The notes under the pieces are model-generated. The model saw only the letters and a list, made by a program, of their open reading frames with translations. It was not told where the DNA came from and searched no databases. This document shows positions 21,701-30,862 of a stretch of 64,000 nucleotides of DNA, piece by piece; within the stretch, counting starts at the first letter, position 1, and every line of letters begins with the position of its first letter. The position numbers and the translations under genes are program-made. Origin of the DNA: an uncultured Bacillales bacterium (GTDB taxonomy: Bacteria; Bacillota_I; Bacilli_A; RFN20; CAG-826); the NCBI GenBank assembly GCA_946409515.1, contig CAMJWS010000004.1:36013-100012 (forward strand), read 5' to 3'.

Positions 21701-22355
21701 GGGCTTCGGATTCGCCAAAGAGTTTTAAAATGTCATTGCTTTCTTCTAAGCCTAATGCTCTTAAGAATGTTGTGGCATTTAACTTTCTTTGTCTATCGAT
21801 ACGGACACTTAATAAATCTTTTGTGCCACTTTCGAATTGTAACCAAGTACCACGACCAGGAATGAGGTCTGCTTCGTAAGTAACTTTGCCTGTCTTTATA
21901 TCTTTTGTTAAAGACATGTATGCGCCTGGGGAACGAACTAATTGGGAAACAATAACACGTTCAGCACCATTGACGATGAATGTACCAGACTTAGTCATTA
22001 ATGGGAATTCACCCATATAAACTTCAGATTCTTGGATTTCACCTGTGTCATGGTGAGTTAAACGTAACATGACGTAAATAGGCGCACTATAGGTGAGGTC
22101 TTGAGCTTTACATTGTAAGAATGTATGCTTTGGCTCACCAAAACGGATGGAGACGTAGTCAATTGATAATGTATTTGTGTAGTTAACAATTGGGAAAGAT
22201 TCTCTGAAGACTTCGTCTAATCCTTTTTCCTTAAACTCTTCGTATGATTTAGTTTGGATTTCAACAAGATTTGGTAAAGGTAATTTGCCAGAGATCTTAC
22301 TGTAATCGTAACGATCATTGTTGAGTTTGTTTAAGTTCTCAATATTTCTAATCAT
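18735..22355 (-). CDS. rpoB: DNA-directed RNA polymerase subunit beta
   Basis: 1206 aa, conserved beta-subunit blocks; immediately upstream of rpoC. Confidence 0.97.
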   Translation of the reverse strand: MIRNIENLNKLNNDRYDYSKISGKLPLPNLVEIQTKSYEEFKEKGLDEVFRESFPIVNYTNTLSIDYVSIRFGEPKHTFLQCKAQDLTYSAPIYVMLRLTHHDTGEIQESEVYMGEFPLMTKSGTFIVNGAERVIVSQLVRSPGAYMSLTKDIKTGKVTYEADLIPGRGTWLQFESGTKDLLSVRIDRQRKLNATTFLRALGLEESNDILKLFGESEALKVTLAKDDDQKIKTAKAALVEIFKKMKPGEPVTEEGTINFLVQKFFDGKHYDLGRAGRFKYIKKLGVYNRLTGRTLAENLVDADGELRFKKGYTLTAADVDALRDEEFFEKGAHMKKLKVNDKLDDHGIVNIVKVYNNDREKKVCNIVGTDLNGTVSYVTISDIIACFSYFLNVMDGFGDTDDIDHLGNRRIRCVGELIQNQFRLGLAKMVKTVQQKMSISDLGNVKPKALINPRPLSASIREFFASSQLSQFMDQTNPLAELTNKRRLSALGPGGLTRDRASTEVRDVHVSHYGRICPIETPEGQNIGLINNLASYAKINKYGFIETPYRRVDKATCRVLSEPEDSVYLSADEEWDYVIAEANINLDADGTILDEQVIARYKGENVMASREDVDYVDVSPKQIVSIAAGCIPFLENDDTMRALMGSNMQRQALPLLRPHAPFVGTGLEHQIARDSGLAVVAMEDGTVTYTDSRTIEVTEKGSNEPRIYQLQKFERSNQGTCINQTSIVKVGQKVKKGQIIADGPAMQNGDLALGQNVTIAFMTWNGYNYEDAVIMSERLVKDDVYTSIHIEKYELECRSIPKLGDEEITRDIPNVSEAAKANLDERGIIVPGAEVKEGDILVGKVTPRGQSEPTPEGKLLMAIFGEKTNEGKDASLRVPHGGAGIVLDVKIFKREGKSKDVELPPGVNEVVRVYIVQKRKISEGDKMSGRHGNKGVISRILPECDMPFLPDGTPVDIMLNPLGVPSRMNIGQILEVHLGYALKQLGYKIATPVFDGITNEEILDMMQKAKMDPSGKTILYDGTTGERFDERITVGCMYMIKLVHMVDDKLHARATGPYSLVTQQPLGGKAQNGGQRFGEMEVWALEAYGAAHVLQEIITIKSDDRVGRRKTYEAIIKDQPLPKPGIPEAFKVLVKELQALSMNVTLLDQEGNAIDMDALAKEAEKEERRINSNIRNLIGDGSSSDSVVDEEAVGMSSRSADDVFGE

Positions 22356-22372
22356 ATAATGGCTCCTTTTGC

Positions 22373-22978
22373 TTACTGTTTGCTCTTAGTTGCACGGTAG
22401 ATGTAGTATCCCTTATCACGCTTCAAGAGAGTGATGTTGCCGAAGATAGTTTCGATATATCGACTAGCACTTTCTGCGCCTTGGGCTTTTCTAATCACGA
22501 TGTACAAAGAGCCGCCATCAATTAAATATTGCTTTGCCTCCTCATACATGCGGTAAGTAACCTTCTTACCCGCACGAATTGGTGGATTAACAACAATTGA
22601 ATCATATGGTCCTTCAATCTTTTCATAGATGTCACTTTGAAGGATAGTGACTCGTGGGCTTAAGTTTAGTAATCCGGCATTGCGTTCACATAGCGCAACT
22701 GCGCGCGGATTAACATCAGCAAGAGTTATTCTTGCTTCTTCATGGGCTTTGGCAAGAGTTAAGCCAATCGTGCCATAGCCACAACCTAAATCGAGAATGT
22801 GATTTCCTAAGTCGAGGGGTAGTAAGACCTTTAGAAAGGCGTAACTACCCTCATCGACATTATTCTTAGAAAATACACCATTATCAGTGAGTAATTTCAT
22901 AGTGATGCCATTAATTTCAAAGGTGATCTCTTTGATGTTAGAAACAAGATTAGGATCGTCTTGAAAATAGTGACTCAT
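22373..22978 (-). CDS. Class I SAM-dependent methyltransferase, RsmC/YbxB-like (small-domain rRNA methyltransferase)
   Basis: [11 protein letters not shown]-binding motif and NPPI motif. Conserved position between rplL and rpoB, as for B. subtilis ybxB. Confidence 0.75.
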   Translation of the reverse strand: MSHYFQDDPNLVSNIKEITFEINGITMKLLTDNGVFSKNNVDEGSYAFLKVLLPLDLGNHILDLGCGYGTIGLTLAKAHEEARITLADVNPRAVALCERNAGLLNLSPRVTILQSDIYEKIEGPYDSIVVNPPIRAGKKVTYRMYEEAKQYLIDGGSLYIVIRKAQGAESASRYIETIFGNITLLKRDKGYYIYRATKSKQ

Positions 22979-23014
22979 TAGGCGAAACTACCCCCTAAAA
23001 ATGAAATTTGGAAC

Positions 23015-23392
23015 TTACTTAACTTCGACTTCTGCACCAGCGGCTTCGAGAGCTTTCTTGTGTTCTTCAGCTTCGACTGGGGAGATGTGTTCTTTGACTG
23101 GAGCTGGAGCAGCGTCAACTAACTTCTTAGCATCCATTAAGCCTAAGCCTGTGATAGCTTGGACAGCTTTGATGACTTGGACTTTGGAAGCACCAGCGGC
23201 CTTTAAGATTAAGGAAACTTCTGCTGGACCTTTGTTTTCTTCTTCTTCAGCTGGAGCGGCAGCTGCAACACCGACTGGGGCGGCTGCTGTGACGCCGAAT
23301 TCTGCTTCGACGGCTTTGACTAATTCATTTAATTCCACTACTGTCATTTCTTTTAATGCAGCAATGATTTCTTCATTTGTTAATTTTGCCAT
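23015..23392 (-). CDS. rplL: 50S ribosomal protein L7/L12
   Basis: [34 protein letters not shown]...; 125 aa. Confidence 0.95.
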   Translation of the reverse strand: MAKLTNEEIIAALKEMTVVELNELVKAVEAEFGVTAAAPVGVAAAAPAEEEENKGPAEVSLILKAAGASKVQVIKAVQAITGLGLMDAKKLVDAAPAPVKEHISPVEAEEHKKALEAAGAEVEVK

Positions 23393-23416
23393 AGTATTAA
23401 TCCTCCTAAATTGGCA

Positions 23417-23902
23417 TTATTTGTCCGCTACTGCCTTGACAGCGCAAGCGAAGGAGCGGATAGGTGCTTGTAAGCACGATAAGAACATGGAAATAAGACC
23501 TTCTTTGCCTGGAAGTTTTGCAACTTCGAGCATACCGGCTGCATCAACGAATTTACCTTCGACGACACCGCCTTTAACGATGAGAACGTCTTTGTGTCTT
23601 TTAGCATATTTGGCAATGACTTTTGCACCGCCGATAACATCTTTAGAGAAAACGATAGCGTTTGGACCTTTTAAGATGTCGTTCATTTCGTTGTAACCTA
23701 ATTCATCAACTGCACGTTCAACGAGAGAATTCTTGTAAACGTTCATTTCAGCGTTTTCTTTGTGAAGAGCACGTCTGACTTCTTGAATTTGGGCAACTGT
23801 TAAACCACGATATTCACAAACGATAATTGTTTGGCTCTCTTTAGCTTTTTCGGTGATAGTTTTCACTGTCTCTGTTTTAGCTGCTAAGACTGCTTGATTC
23901 AT
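23417..23902 (-). CDS. rplJ: 50S ribosomal protein L10
   Basis: 161 aa L10 family, upstream of rplL. Confidence 0.93.
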   Translation of the reverse strand: MNQAVLAAKTETVKTITEKAKESQTIIVCEYRGLTVAQIQEVRRALHKENAEMNVYKNSLVERAVDELGYNEMNDILKGPNAIVFSKDVIGGAKVIAKYAKRHKDVLIVKGGVVEGKFVDAAGMLEVAKLPGKEGLISMFLSCLQAPIRSFACAVKAVADK

Positions 23903-24033
23903 ATTCTTGACCTCCTTTTTCTAAAATTGTTTTGAAGGCTCCAATATACGGTGGGCTTTATGCATACGCCTCGGTAACATTATTAAGACTGCTTCGTCCG
24001 TTACTGTCTTTGGTATATTGTGCTTTGATTTGA
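23903..24033 (-). ncRNA. Candidate L10 (rplJ) ribosomal-protein leader, the autoregulatory 5' UTR
   Basis: 131-nt rplA-rplJ intergenic region, the typical size and position of Firmicutes L10 leaders. The minus-strand RNA has a long-range helix (AAUAUAC pairing with GUAUAUU) that encloses a ~75-nt domain. Confidence 0.4.
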
Positions 24034-24717
24034 TTAACGACCAGCAAATGTGAATTGAATGGCTGGACCCATGGTCGTATGGATGACAGCTTTTTTGAAG
24101 TAGACGCCTTTAACTGCGGCTGGTTGGGCCTTTTTAACTGCTTCAACTAAAGCGGTTAAGTTTTCAGCGATCTTGTTGGCATCGAATGACACTTTAGCAA
24201 TGCACACGTGCATATTAGCTTCCTTGTCAACACGATATTCAACTTTACCGGCTTTGATTTCTTTGATAGCTTTCGCGATATCTGGAGAAACTGTGCCAGT
24301 CTTTGGGTTTGGCATTAAGCCTTTAGGACCTAACACTCTACCTAATTTACCGATGTTACCCATCATGTTTGGTGTTGCAACGATAACGTCGAAGTCGAAC
24401 CAGTTTTCTTTTTGGATCTTATCTAACATTTCGTTACCACCAGCGAAATCGGCACCAGCGGCTAATGCATCATCAACTTTGTCGGTAATAGCTAAGACTT
24501 TTTTGGTTTTGCCGTTACCATGTGGAAGGATGAGAGTTCCTCTGACTTGTTGATCAGCTTGTTTTGGGTCGACATTGAGTTTGAAACTGACATCGATAGT
24601 AGCATCGAACTTAACAGTGGAAGTTTCCTTCACTAAAGCGGCTGCTTCTTCGATTGTATAGAGTTTGTTTGCGTCGATTTTTTCAGCGGCGGCTCTGTAG
24701 TTTTTGCTTCTAAACAT
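24034..24717 (-). CDS. rplA: 50S ribosomal protein L1
   Basis: 227 aa L1 family. Confidence 0.95.
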   Translation of the reverse strand: MFRSKNYRAAAEKIDANKLYTIEEAAALVKETSTVKFDATIDVSFKLNVDPKQADQQVRGTLILPHGNGKTKKVLAITDKVDDALAAGADFAGGNEMLDKIQKENWFDFDVIVATPNMMGNIGKLGRVLGPKGLMPNPKTGTVSPDIAKAIKEIKAGKVEYRVDKEANMHVCIAKVSFDANKIAENLTALVEAVKKAQPAAVKGVYFKKAVIHTTMGPAIQFTFAGR

Positions 24718-24728
24718 TTCCGTTCACC

Positions 24729-25142
24729 TTAGTCAACGACTTCAACACCCATATTGTTGGCGCTGCCTTCAACGATCTTCATGGCTGCCTCAATGTCTTC
24801 GCAGTTGAGATCTGGGAGCTTGTATTCAGCGATTTGTCTGAGTTGAGCTCTAGTGATTTTGCCTACTTTTGGACCTTTACGGCCTGTGGCAGAACCTTTT
24901 TGGATTCCAGCGGCTTTTAAGATTAAACCCGCTACTGGAGAGGTTTTGATGACGAAGTCGCAGGACTTGTCTTCATAAGCTGTGATGATAACAGGAACAA
25001 TTTCACCTTTTCTGTCGGCGGTCTTGGCGTTAAAGTCTGTACAGAATTTACCCATGTTGACACCAGCAGAAGCGAGTTTTGGACCTGGCTTAGCTTCGCC
25101 ACCAGGAAGTTCCATCTTCACGACTTTTGCGATTTTCTTCAC
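24729..25142 (-). CDS. rplK: 50S ribosomal protein L11
   Basis: The N-terminus MKKIAKVVKMELPGGEAKPGPK...AGVNMGKFCTDFNAKT aligns with L11. The start is GTG at 25142, preceded by GGAGG with an 8-nt spacer. The 5' part of the listed ORF (MKEYVPW...) is not L11. Confidence 0.85.
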   Translation of the reverse strand: MKKIAKVVKMELPGGEAKPGPKLASAGVNMGKFCTDFNAKTADRKGEIVPVIITAYEDKSCDFVIKTSPVAGLILKAAGIQKGSATGRKGPKVGKITRAQLRQIAEYKLPDLNCEDIEAAMKIVEGSANNMGVEVVD

Positions 25143-25262
25143 TTGACTTTCCTCCTTTTGTAGATTTGTCAGTGCCGTGGTAATTGAGTGATCGCCACTC
25201 TTCCACGGAACGTACTCTTTCACACGTGCGCTTGCGCTCTCTCATGGCGCAAGACAACATGC
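25143..25262 (-). ncRNA. GC-rich structured 5' leader of rplK-rplA (candidate L1-binding autoregulatory leader)
   Basis: The minus-strand RNA contains the hairpin CUUGCGCcaugagagaGCGCAAG (plus-strand 25231..25253). It also contains a compound hairpin CCGUGG-aa-GAGUG-gcgau-CACUC-aauua-CCACGG (25175..25208). The GGAGG RBS and the GTG start follow immediately. Local GC content is far above the genome background. Confidence 0.45.
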
Positions 25263-25268
25263 TCATAT

Positions 25269-25298
25269 ATACTATCAAAATACGTATGTACGTTGCAA
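25269..25298 (-). promoter_or_regulatory. Promoter for the rplK-rplA operon (TTGCAA, 18-nt spacer, TGaTAGTAT)
   Basis: Hexamers located on the minus strand by reverse complement, just upstream of the structured leader. Confidence 0.45.
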
Positions 25299-25369
25299 GG
25301 ATTTTTTTATATTTAGATTAAAAGTAAGAAGAATTATTCAATTTCAAATCACTTGTGATTTGCTAACAG

Positions 25370-25398
25370 TTGACTTTTATAAACACAAAGTGTATTAT
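25370..25398 (+). promoter_or_regulatory. Strong sigma-70-type promoter for ktrB-ktrA (TTGACT, 17-nt spacer, TATTAT with TG upstream)
   Basis: -35 TTGACT at 25370-25375 and -10 TATTAT at 25393-25398, about 25 nt upstream of the ktrB ATG. Confidence 0.6.
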
Positions 25399-25422
25399 AT
25401 CGGCATCTAGTGAGCAAATAGT

Positions 25423-26859
25423 ATGATCAAGAAAAACAAGTTATTGAACCCATATTTAATGCTTATCATCTCGTTTCTAGCAATTGTATTACTGGGCTCC
25501 TTTTTGCTTAGCATGCCTTTTGTATTTAGAGACAATCCGAACAACGAATGGTGTCATGTTGGCTCCTATATGGATGCCTTTTTCACTTCACTATCAGCGA
25601 TGAGTTTAACTGGTTTGACCACTTATCCAGAAGGCTTAGTTAATACCTTATCTGGCGCTGGTCAAATTATCGTTATGATTCTTGTACAAATCGGTGGTTT
25701 AGGTATCGTTACTATTTTAACCTTCTTATTCTCTATTTTTAGAAGAAAGCTACAGTTCAGAGATCGTTTAATGATTTCTCAAGCTATTGCCTTTAATAAC
25801 TTTGGTGAAATCGTACGTTTTGTCCGTCGTTTAATCATCATTACCGCGGTTTGTGAGTTAGTGGGATTCCTTATGGGATTACCTGTATTTATCTCACTTT
25901 TCCCTGGTGATACCGCTCATATCATTTCTTATTCTTTATTCTATTCAGTCTCATCATTTAATAATGCTGGCTTTGATTTATTTAATTCCACAAAGTCATT
26001 GATTGGTGGTTTATTCACAAATAATAACGGCGCGATTTTAACTAACAATTGGTTATACTACTATTTCACTATTTATAATGGTTTCTTATCACTTCTTGGT
26101 GGTATCTCATTCTTAGTCATAATTGATGCGGTTTTTGAGCATAGAAATCCAAGAAGATGGAACTCATTCACTAAGATGGTTTTAGCCGCTACTGGTAGTT
26201 TAATTGTGGTTATGTCTTTCATCCTCTTCCTGACAGATGGATTAAAGCCAGATAACCCAATGAACTTCTTCCAGGTTGTTATGACTATTATTAACTGTCG
26301 TACCGCTGGTTACAGTGTTTACCCAGTCAGTGATATCTCTCTTCCTGGCAAGATGGTTTGCTCTTTAATGATGTTTATTGGCGGTTCGCCTCTATCTACA
26401 GCGGGTGGTATTAAAGTCACCACTATTTTCATCATTATCATTTCCATTGTCTCTTATTTTAGAGGCAAGCGTTTACCAGCGTTTAAACGCAACTTCTCCG
26501 ACAATATCGTCGCCAAGAGTATGAGTTTAGTGTTTGTCGTTGCAACCATCGTTGTGGTTTCCTTTATTCTCGTTTCCTTATTCGGTGTTAGAGAGATTAA
26601 GGGCTACACCATGAATGAAGCCGCGAAAGAAGATTTATTAGGACTCTATTTATTCTCTTGTTTCTCATTCTTTGGTAACGTTGGTTTCTATACAGGTATT
26701 GAACCTTACCTATCGGTTGGTTCAAAAATTGTCTTATGTTTCTTGATGCTTTTAGGTCATCTTGGACCTATGACATTTTTCCAGTTATTCCAAAATCATT
26801 TAGACAAAAACTCTAATGTGCATTATAGTTTTGTTGAGGAAGATTTTTTAATCGGTTAA
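25423..26859 (+). CDS. ktrB: Ktr/Trk-family K+ uptake transporter membrane subunit (KtrB/TrkH)
   Basis: 478 aa, multi-TM with repeated pore-loop-like GG motifs (QIGGLGIV, IGGSPLSTAGGIKVTT); followed by ktrA. Confidence 0.8.
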   Translation: MIKKNKLLNPYLMLIISFLAIVLLGSFLLSMPFVFRDNPNNEWCHVGSYMDAFFTSLSAMSLTGLTTYPEGLVNTLSGAGQIIVMILVQIGGLGIVTILTFLFSIFRRKLQFRDRLMISQAIAFNNFGEIVRFVRRLIIITAVCELVGFLMGLPVFISLFPGDTAHIISYSLFYSVSSFNNAGFDLFNSTKSLIGGLFTNNNGAILTNNWLYYYFTIYNGFLSLLGGISFLVIIDAVFEHRNPRRWNSFTKMVLAATGSLIVVMSFILFLTDGLKPDNPMNFFQVVMTIINCRTAGYSVYPVSDISLPGKMVCSLMMFIGGSPLSTAGGIKVTTIFIIIISIVSYFRGKRLPAFKRNFSDNIVAKSMSLVFVVATIVVVSFILVSLFGVREIKGYTMNEAAKEDLLGLYLFSCFSFFGNVGFYTGIEPYLSVGSKIVLCFLMLLGHLGPMTFFQLFQNHLDKNSNVHYSFVEEDFLIG

Positions 26860-26874
26860 AGGAGGACACTCTAT

Positions 26875-27561
26875 ATGGCTAAAAAATCATTTGCAGTTAT
26901 CGGCTTAGGTCAATTTGGTATCTCTGTTGTTGAAGAACTCGTTGGTAACGGTATGGACGTTATCGCGATTGATACCGATGAAGAAGCCGTTAAAAAGATC
27001 AGTGCTTTACTTCCAACTGTCGCTGTTGCTAACGCGACTGACGAAGAAGCTTTAAAAGATTTAGGCATCAAAGATGTTGATGCTGCGATCGTTGCGTTCG
27101 GTTCTCATATCGAAGCTAGTATTTTGACTACAGTTATTCTTAAAGAATTAGGCGTTAAATCCATTATCGTCCGTGTTGATGATGCCTACTATTTACCAAT
27201 TATGAAAAAATTGGGCGCTACAGAAGTCATCATGCCACAAAAGGCGGCGGGTGTTGCTTTAGCAAATAGATTAGGTAATGAAGACTATAAAGACTTCTAT
27301 AAACTCGATGATAAGTATTCTGTCGTCTCTATTGTTGTCAATAGCGCTTATGTTCCAGAACAATTAAGGGATTTAGCGACCAAAGATAAATATGGCGTCA
27401 GCGTGGTTCTTATCATCCGTAACGGCCGTTCTTTCGTCCCTGGTGGTAATGACTCATTGCTTCCTGATGACACAATCTTCGTTGTTGGTAGCACAAAGGA
27501 AATCAGAAACTTCCGTGAAGCTATTAACGGTGTGAGAACTAGAAGAAAGAAAATTCAATAA
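26875..27561 (+). CDS. ktrA: Ktr/Trk K+ uptake regulatory subunit (RCK/TrkA-N plus TrkA-C)
   Basis: MAKKSFAVIGLGQFGISVVEEL... Rossmann GxGxxG motif. 228 aa, RBS AAAGGAGG. Confidence 0.85.
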   Translation: MAKKSFAVIGLGQFGISVVEELVGNGMDVIAIDTDEEAVKKISALLPTVAVANATDEEALKDLGIKDVDAAIVAFGSHIEASILTTVILKELGVKSIIVRVDDAYYLPIMKKLGATEVIMPQKAAGVALANRLGNEDYKDFYKLDDKYSVVSIVVNSAYVPEQLRDLATKDKYGVSVVLIIRNGRSFVPGGNDSLLPDDTIFVVGSTKEIRNFREAINGVRTRRKKIQ

Positions 27562-27578
27562 GAAAACACAAAAAATAA

Positions 27579-27606
27579 AACCAGCCGTGAAGCTGGTTTT
27601 TTGTTG
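27579..27606. terminator. Bidirectional intrinsic terminator between the convergent genes ktrA (+) and nusG (-)
   Basis: aaaaaauaaaaCCAGCcgugaaGCUGGuuuuuug: a 5-bp GC stem with an A-tract upstream and a T-tract downstream. Confidence 0.65.
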
Positions 27607-27621
27607 CTTGTTATTAACAAG

Positions 27622-28233
27622 TTAGATTTTATCAATTTCGGAGAAGTCGACTTCCACTTTTGTGGATCTACCAAAGAAGATGGTTTCGAGTTCAACAACT
27701 TTGGTATCTCTATTGATGGAGAGAATACGACCTTCGGTACCTTCTAATGGACCGTGGATAACCTTAACGTAGTCATCAACACTGTAACGGTCAAACATAT
27801 CGGCGTCAATTTCACCCATTCTCTTAAGAACTGGTTCAATTTGTTCGCGTGGAACTGGGAATGGTTTTGTACCTTTACCAGAAGAACCGACGAAGCCGGT
27901 GACACCTGGAGTGTTACGAACAACGTACCAAGCGTAGTCTGTCATAATCATTTCAACGAAGACATAACCTGGATAGAGGTTTTTCATTCTTGTTTTATCG
28001 GTTGGCATGCCATCTTTCATCACTGGGACTTCTTGTTCCGCGACAATAATACGGAAGATTAAATCTTGTAAGCCCATTGATTCAACACGACGTTTTAAGT
28101 TTTCTTTGACTTTATTTTCGTGTGTGGAATAGGTATTAACCACGTACCAAGCTTTTTCACCTAATGTAGCATTAGATGATTCGCCTTCACTTAAATCTGT
28201 TGTACTATCTGTAAATTTGATTTCATCTGCCAT
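27622..28233 (-). CDS. nusG: Transcription termination/antitermination factor NusG
   Basis: 203 aa with NGN and KOW domains (...YVVNTYSTHENKVKE...; ...VDDYVKVIHGPLEGTEGRI...). Confidence 0.9.
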   Translation of the reverse strand: MADEIKFTDSTTDLSEGESSNATLGEKAWYVVNTYSTHENKVKENLKRRVESMGLQDLIFRIIVAEQEVPVMKDGMPTDKTRMKNLYPGYVFVEMIMTDYAWYVVRNTPGVTGFVGSSGKGTKPFPVPREQIEPVLKRMGEIDADMFDRYSVDDYVKVIHGPLEGTEGRILSINRDTKVVELETIFFGRSTKVEVDFSEIDKI

Positions 28234-28244
28234 GATAATACCTC

Positions 28245-28436
28245 CTAGCTATTGAATGTCTTTTTAAGGACATCAATTAAACCTTTGCCTAGGGCATCTT
28301 CGCCCATTAAAATTAAGCCCACTAACGCGGCTATAACGACAACAACAATAAATGCTGGAACTAAGACATCTCTCTTAGGCCAACGAACACGCTTGCCTTC
28401 TTTGATAACTTCTGATGTGAATTTTTTAACACCCAT
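28245..28436 (-). CDS. secE: Preprotein translocase subunit SecE
   Basis: 63 aa, single TM, conserved position upstream of nusG. Confidence 0.8.
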   Translation of the reverse strand: MGVKKFTSEVIKEGKRVRWPKRDVLVPAFIVVVVIAALVGLILMGEDALGKGLIDVLKKTFNS

Positions 28437-28449
28437 GAGAAGGACCTCC

Positions 28450-28596
28450 TTATTTGCTAATCTTATGAAGCGTCATCTTATTGCAACGCTTGCAGAACTT
28501 TTTAATCTGAAGGTTTTTTGCACCTTCCTTTTTAATTGTGGTTGTGTAGTTTCTGGAGAGGCACTCTTCGCAAATCAAAAGAACTTTTTCTCTCAT
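28450..28596 (-). CDS. rpmG: 50S ribosomal protein L33
   Basis: Manual translation [48 protein letters not shown] (48 aa, Cys-x2-Cys zinc ribbon). Not in the ORF track because it is under 60 aa. Confidence 0.8.
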   Translation of the reverse strand: MREKVLLICEECLSRNYTTTIKKEGAKNLQIKKFCKRCNKMTLHKISK

Positions 28597-28672
28597 CTTT
28601 AACCCCCCTATCACAATTAACTTTTAATAACTTATCACTCCTACCAAATATTGTAAAGAAATATTTATGTCT

Positions 28673-28879
28673 TTACACCGCTGAACTTGAAATTGAGCTT
28701 TGAGCAGCAGGGGAATTTTCAGGACCTAAAACCATGACGACAATGAAGCAAGCGATGATGCATAACATCAACACTCCCATTACGATTGCAATAGCCCATG
28801 GAAAGCGAATTGTTTCTTTTTTAGAATCAACCGGTACTGCTTCAGTTTCCTCTAATTCTTCATTTTTTCTTTCTTCCAT
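28673..28879 (-). CDS. Small single-TM membrane protein (68 aa), function unknown, co-transcribed with the ECF S-component and folC
   Basis: ATG at 28879 with GAGGT RBS, 1 nt after the stop of the upstream gene. Acidic N-terminus, one TM helix, Ser-rich C-terminal tail. Confidence 0.45.
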   Translation of the reverse strand: MEERKNEELEETEAVPVDSKKETIRFPWAIAIVMGVLMLCIIACFIVVMVLGPENSPAAQSSISSSAV

Positions 28880-28880
28880 C

Positions 28881-29633
28881 TTATCTAACCTCAACAAAAT
28901 ATTTTTTTGTGAATCTTTGGAATGTTGAGATGAAGAATGTGTCTAAAACAACATTCACGAACATTACTAAAGCTTGGCATAAGAAGATAGTGATGAAGAT
29001 GTTGAAGCCAAAAGCCCAAGCTTTCATCAATGAGCCAAACCATAGTAAGAACAAGAAGTCACAAATAAATGACGCAAAACAAATATGTAACGGACTAATA
29101 AATGGGTTGTCTTCTTTTCCCTTAAAGAAAATGGAGAACAAAATTAATCCGATAAATAACAAACCAGAAGCAATTGGGACAATGATTTTAAAGACTAATT
29201 CGACTTTCGCGTTAGTAATTAAGAAGACAGTCGCTGCCGTCCAAATAGCAAGGAGTGTTCCTATTTCAATTCCAAGCATCAACTTTTTATTGGTAATGGA
29301 ACGAACAAAAGAAAAGACGAAATAAGAAGCAAAGCCTAAAACAGCATAGATTAAAGTGATTTGAATAAACATTGGATTTGTTCTTGGATCGAAAATTAAA
29401 TAGCCAAGTAAATCAGATGCCGCTCCTACAATCATGCCATAAAAAGGACCGAGAATAATTGACGCAAAAATAATTAAAGCAGGGCCACAAAATGAGACAC
29501 GAACAAAAGGCAATGCAGGGATGTAATTGACCGCCATAACTTTTTGACAAATAACAGCTAAAGCGATGAATAAACCCGTTAAGCAAATCTTTTGAATTGG
29601 AGAGATATTTGTCTTAATCCATTTGAATTTCAT
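28881..29633 (-). CDS. ECF-transporter substrate-specific (S) component, probably folate-family (FolT-like)
   Basis: 250 aa, about 6 TM, small hydrophobic ECF S-component-like protein immediately downstream of folC. Confidence 0.55.
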   Translation of the reverse strand: MKFKWIKTNISPIQKICLTGLFIALAVICQKVMAVNYIPALPFVRVSFCGPALIIFASIILGPFYGMIVGAASDLLGYLIFDPRTNPMFIQITLIYAVLGFASYFVFSFVRSITNKKLMLGIEIGTLLAIWTAATVFLITNAKVELVFKIIVPIASGLLFIGLILFSIFFKGKEDNPFISPLHICFASFICDFLFLLWFGSLMKAWAFGFNIFITIFLCQALVMFVNVVLDTFFISTFQRFTKKYFVEVR

Positions 29634-29640
29634 ATTAACC

Positions 29641-30861
29641 TCATTTCAAGTTTTGTTTGATGTAAGCTGCAAACGCTAATGAACCAGTAACTAGGATCGC
29701 ATCATCTGGATAATTTGTTAATAATTCATTAAGTGTTTCAAGAGCGTTTTCTTTGAATGAATAATCGTCCAAATAAAGGAAATAATCTTCTTCAGTTCTC
29801 GCTCTTTCATGAGGGAATGTAGTTAAGATAATGTCTTTACTGTATTCTCCTAAATAAGCAATCATTCTTTCAATATTCTTATCTCTGAAGCAGGCAAATA
29901 GAACGTGAATTGCGCGATTTCCAACCACGTTTTGCAGAGATTTTGTAAGATTTAACACGCCTTCAGGGTTATGAGAGCCATCGACCACAAGTAAAGGTGA
30001 GTCTTTGAGAATTTCCATTCTAACTGGCATATAGGTATTGGCTAAACCTGCTCTAATAGATTCTTCACTAACCGGGAAAGATTCGTTTAACTTATTGACC
30101 ACTTCTAAAGCAATACACGCATCTTTAAGAGAGTATGTTGCAGCGGAATTAATTCTTAGATTAAAAAGAGTGCCATAAGCAAAACTAAAGCCTTTGTTTT
30201 CATACACTACTTTTGCAGGTTCAACAGAGACTGATAATTGACATTCATTCTCTCTAGAAACTTCAACGATTGTGTTGATAGCTTCATCATCTAAGATACC
30301 TGTTATGACAGGAACTCCGTGCTTAATAATGCCTGCTTTTTGGTAAGCAATTTCACAAATTGAACGGCCTAAAAATGCAGTATGTTCAAGACTGATAGAA
30401 GTAATAACTGAGGCGATTGGAGTGAAGATATTTGTCGCATCAATTTCACCACCCATGCCACATTCAATAATCGCTAAATCACATTTGTTTCTAGCGAAAT
30501 ATGTAAAGGCAATAAATGTTTGAATTTCAAATGGTGATAAAGAGTATTTATCAATGGTTTTAGCGAATTCTTCTAAGATAGAAACCATCTCATTATCAGT
30601 GATGTTCTGGCCATTAATGTTAATCATTTCGTTAACAACTTCTAAATATGGAGATGTGAATAAACCGACTTTATAACCTTGAGCGCGATAAATATTAGCA
30701 AGATAATTAGCGGTACTACCTTTACCATTGCTACCTGCAATGTGAATAGAAGGAACGTTATAAGAAAAACCGACTTTCTTTAGAAATGAGTCGAAGTTTT
30801 CTCTTTGGTATTCACCATGACCAACGTTGTCAAAATATGTTTTTAAATCTATCTTGCTCAT
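29641..30861 (-). CDS. folC: Folylpolyglutamate synthase/dihydrofolate synthase (Mur ligase family)
   Basis: HIAGSNGKGST P-loop of Mur ligases. ATG at 30861 with GGAGAAG RBS, overlapping the smpB stop. The longer ORF start at 30918 would overlap smpB by 56 nt. Confidence 0.85.
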   Translation of the reverse strand: MSKIDLKTYFDNVGHGEYQRENFDSFLKKVGFSYNVPSIHIAGSNGKGSTANYLANIYRAQGYKVGLFTSPYLEVVNEMININGQNITDNEMVSILEEFAKTIDKYSLSPFEIQTFIAFTYFARNKCDLAIIECGMGGEIDATNIFTPIASVITSISLEHTAFLGRSICEIAYQKAGIIKHGVPVITGILDDEAINTIVEVSRENECQLSVSVEPAKVVYENKGFSFAYGTLFNLRINSAATYSLKDACIALEVVNKLNESFPVSEESIRAGLANTYMPVRMEILKDSPLLVVDGSHNPEGVLNLTKSLQNVVGNRAIHVLFACFRDKNIERMIAYLGEYSKDIILTTFPHERARTEEDYFLYLDDYSFKENALETLNELLTNYPDDAILVTGSLAFAAYIKQNLK

Positions 30862-30862
30862 A

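Noticed and set aside
23001-23696. 231-aa plus-strand ORF (Ala/Thr/Ser-rich) overlapping rplL and rplJ
   Set aside because: It is antisense to two highly conserved ribosomal protein genes. Its low-complexity Ala-rich product reflects the antisense reading of the GC-richer L7/L12 codons. No RBS is present, and the ORF track treats GTG/TTG as starts.
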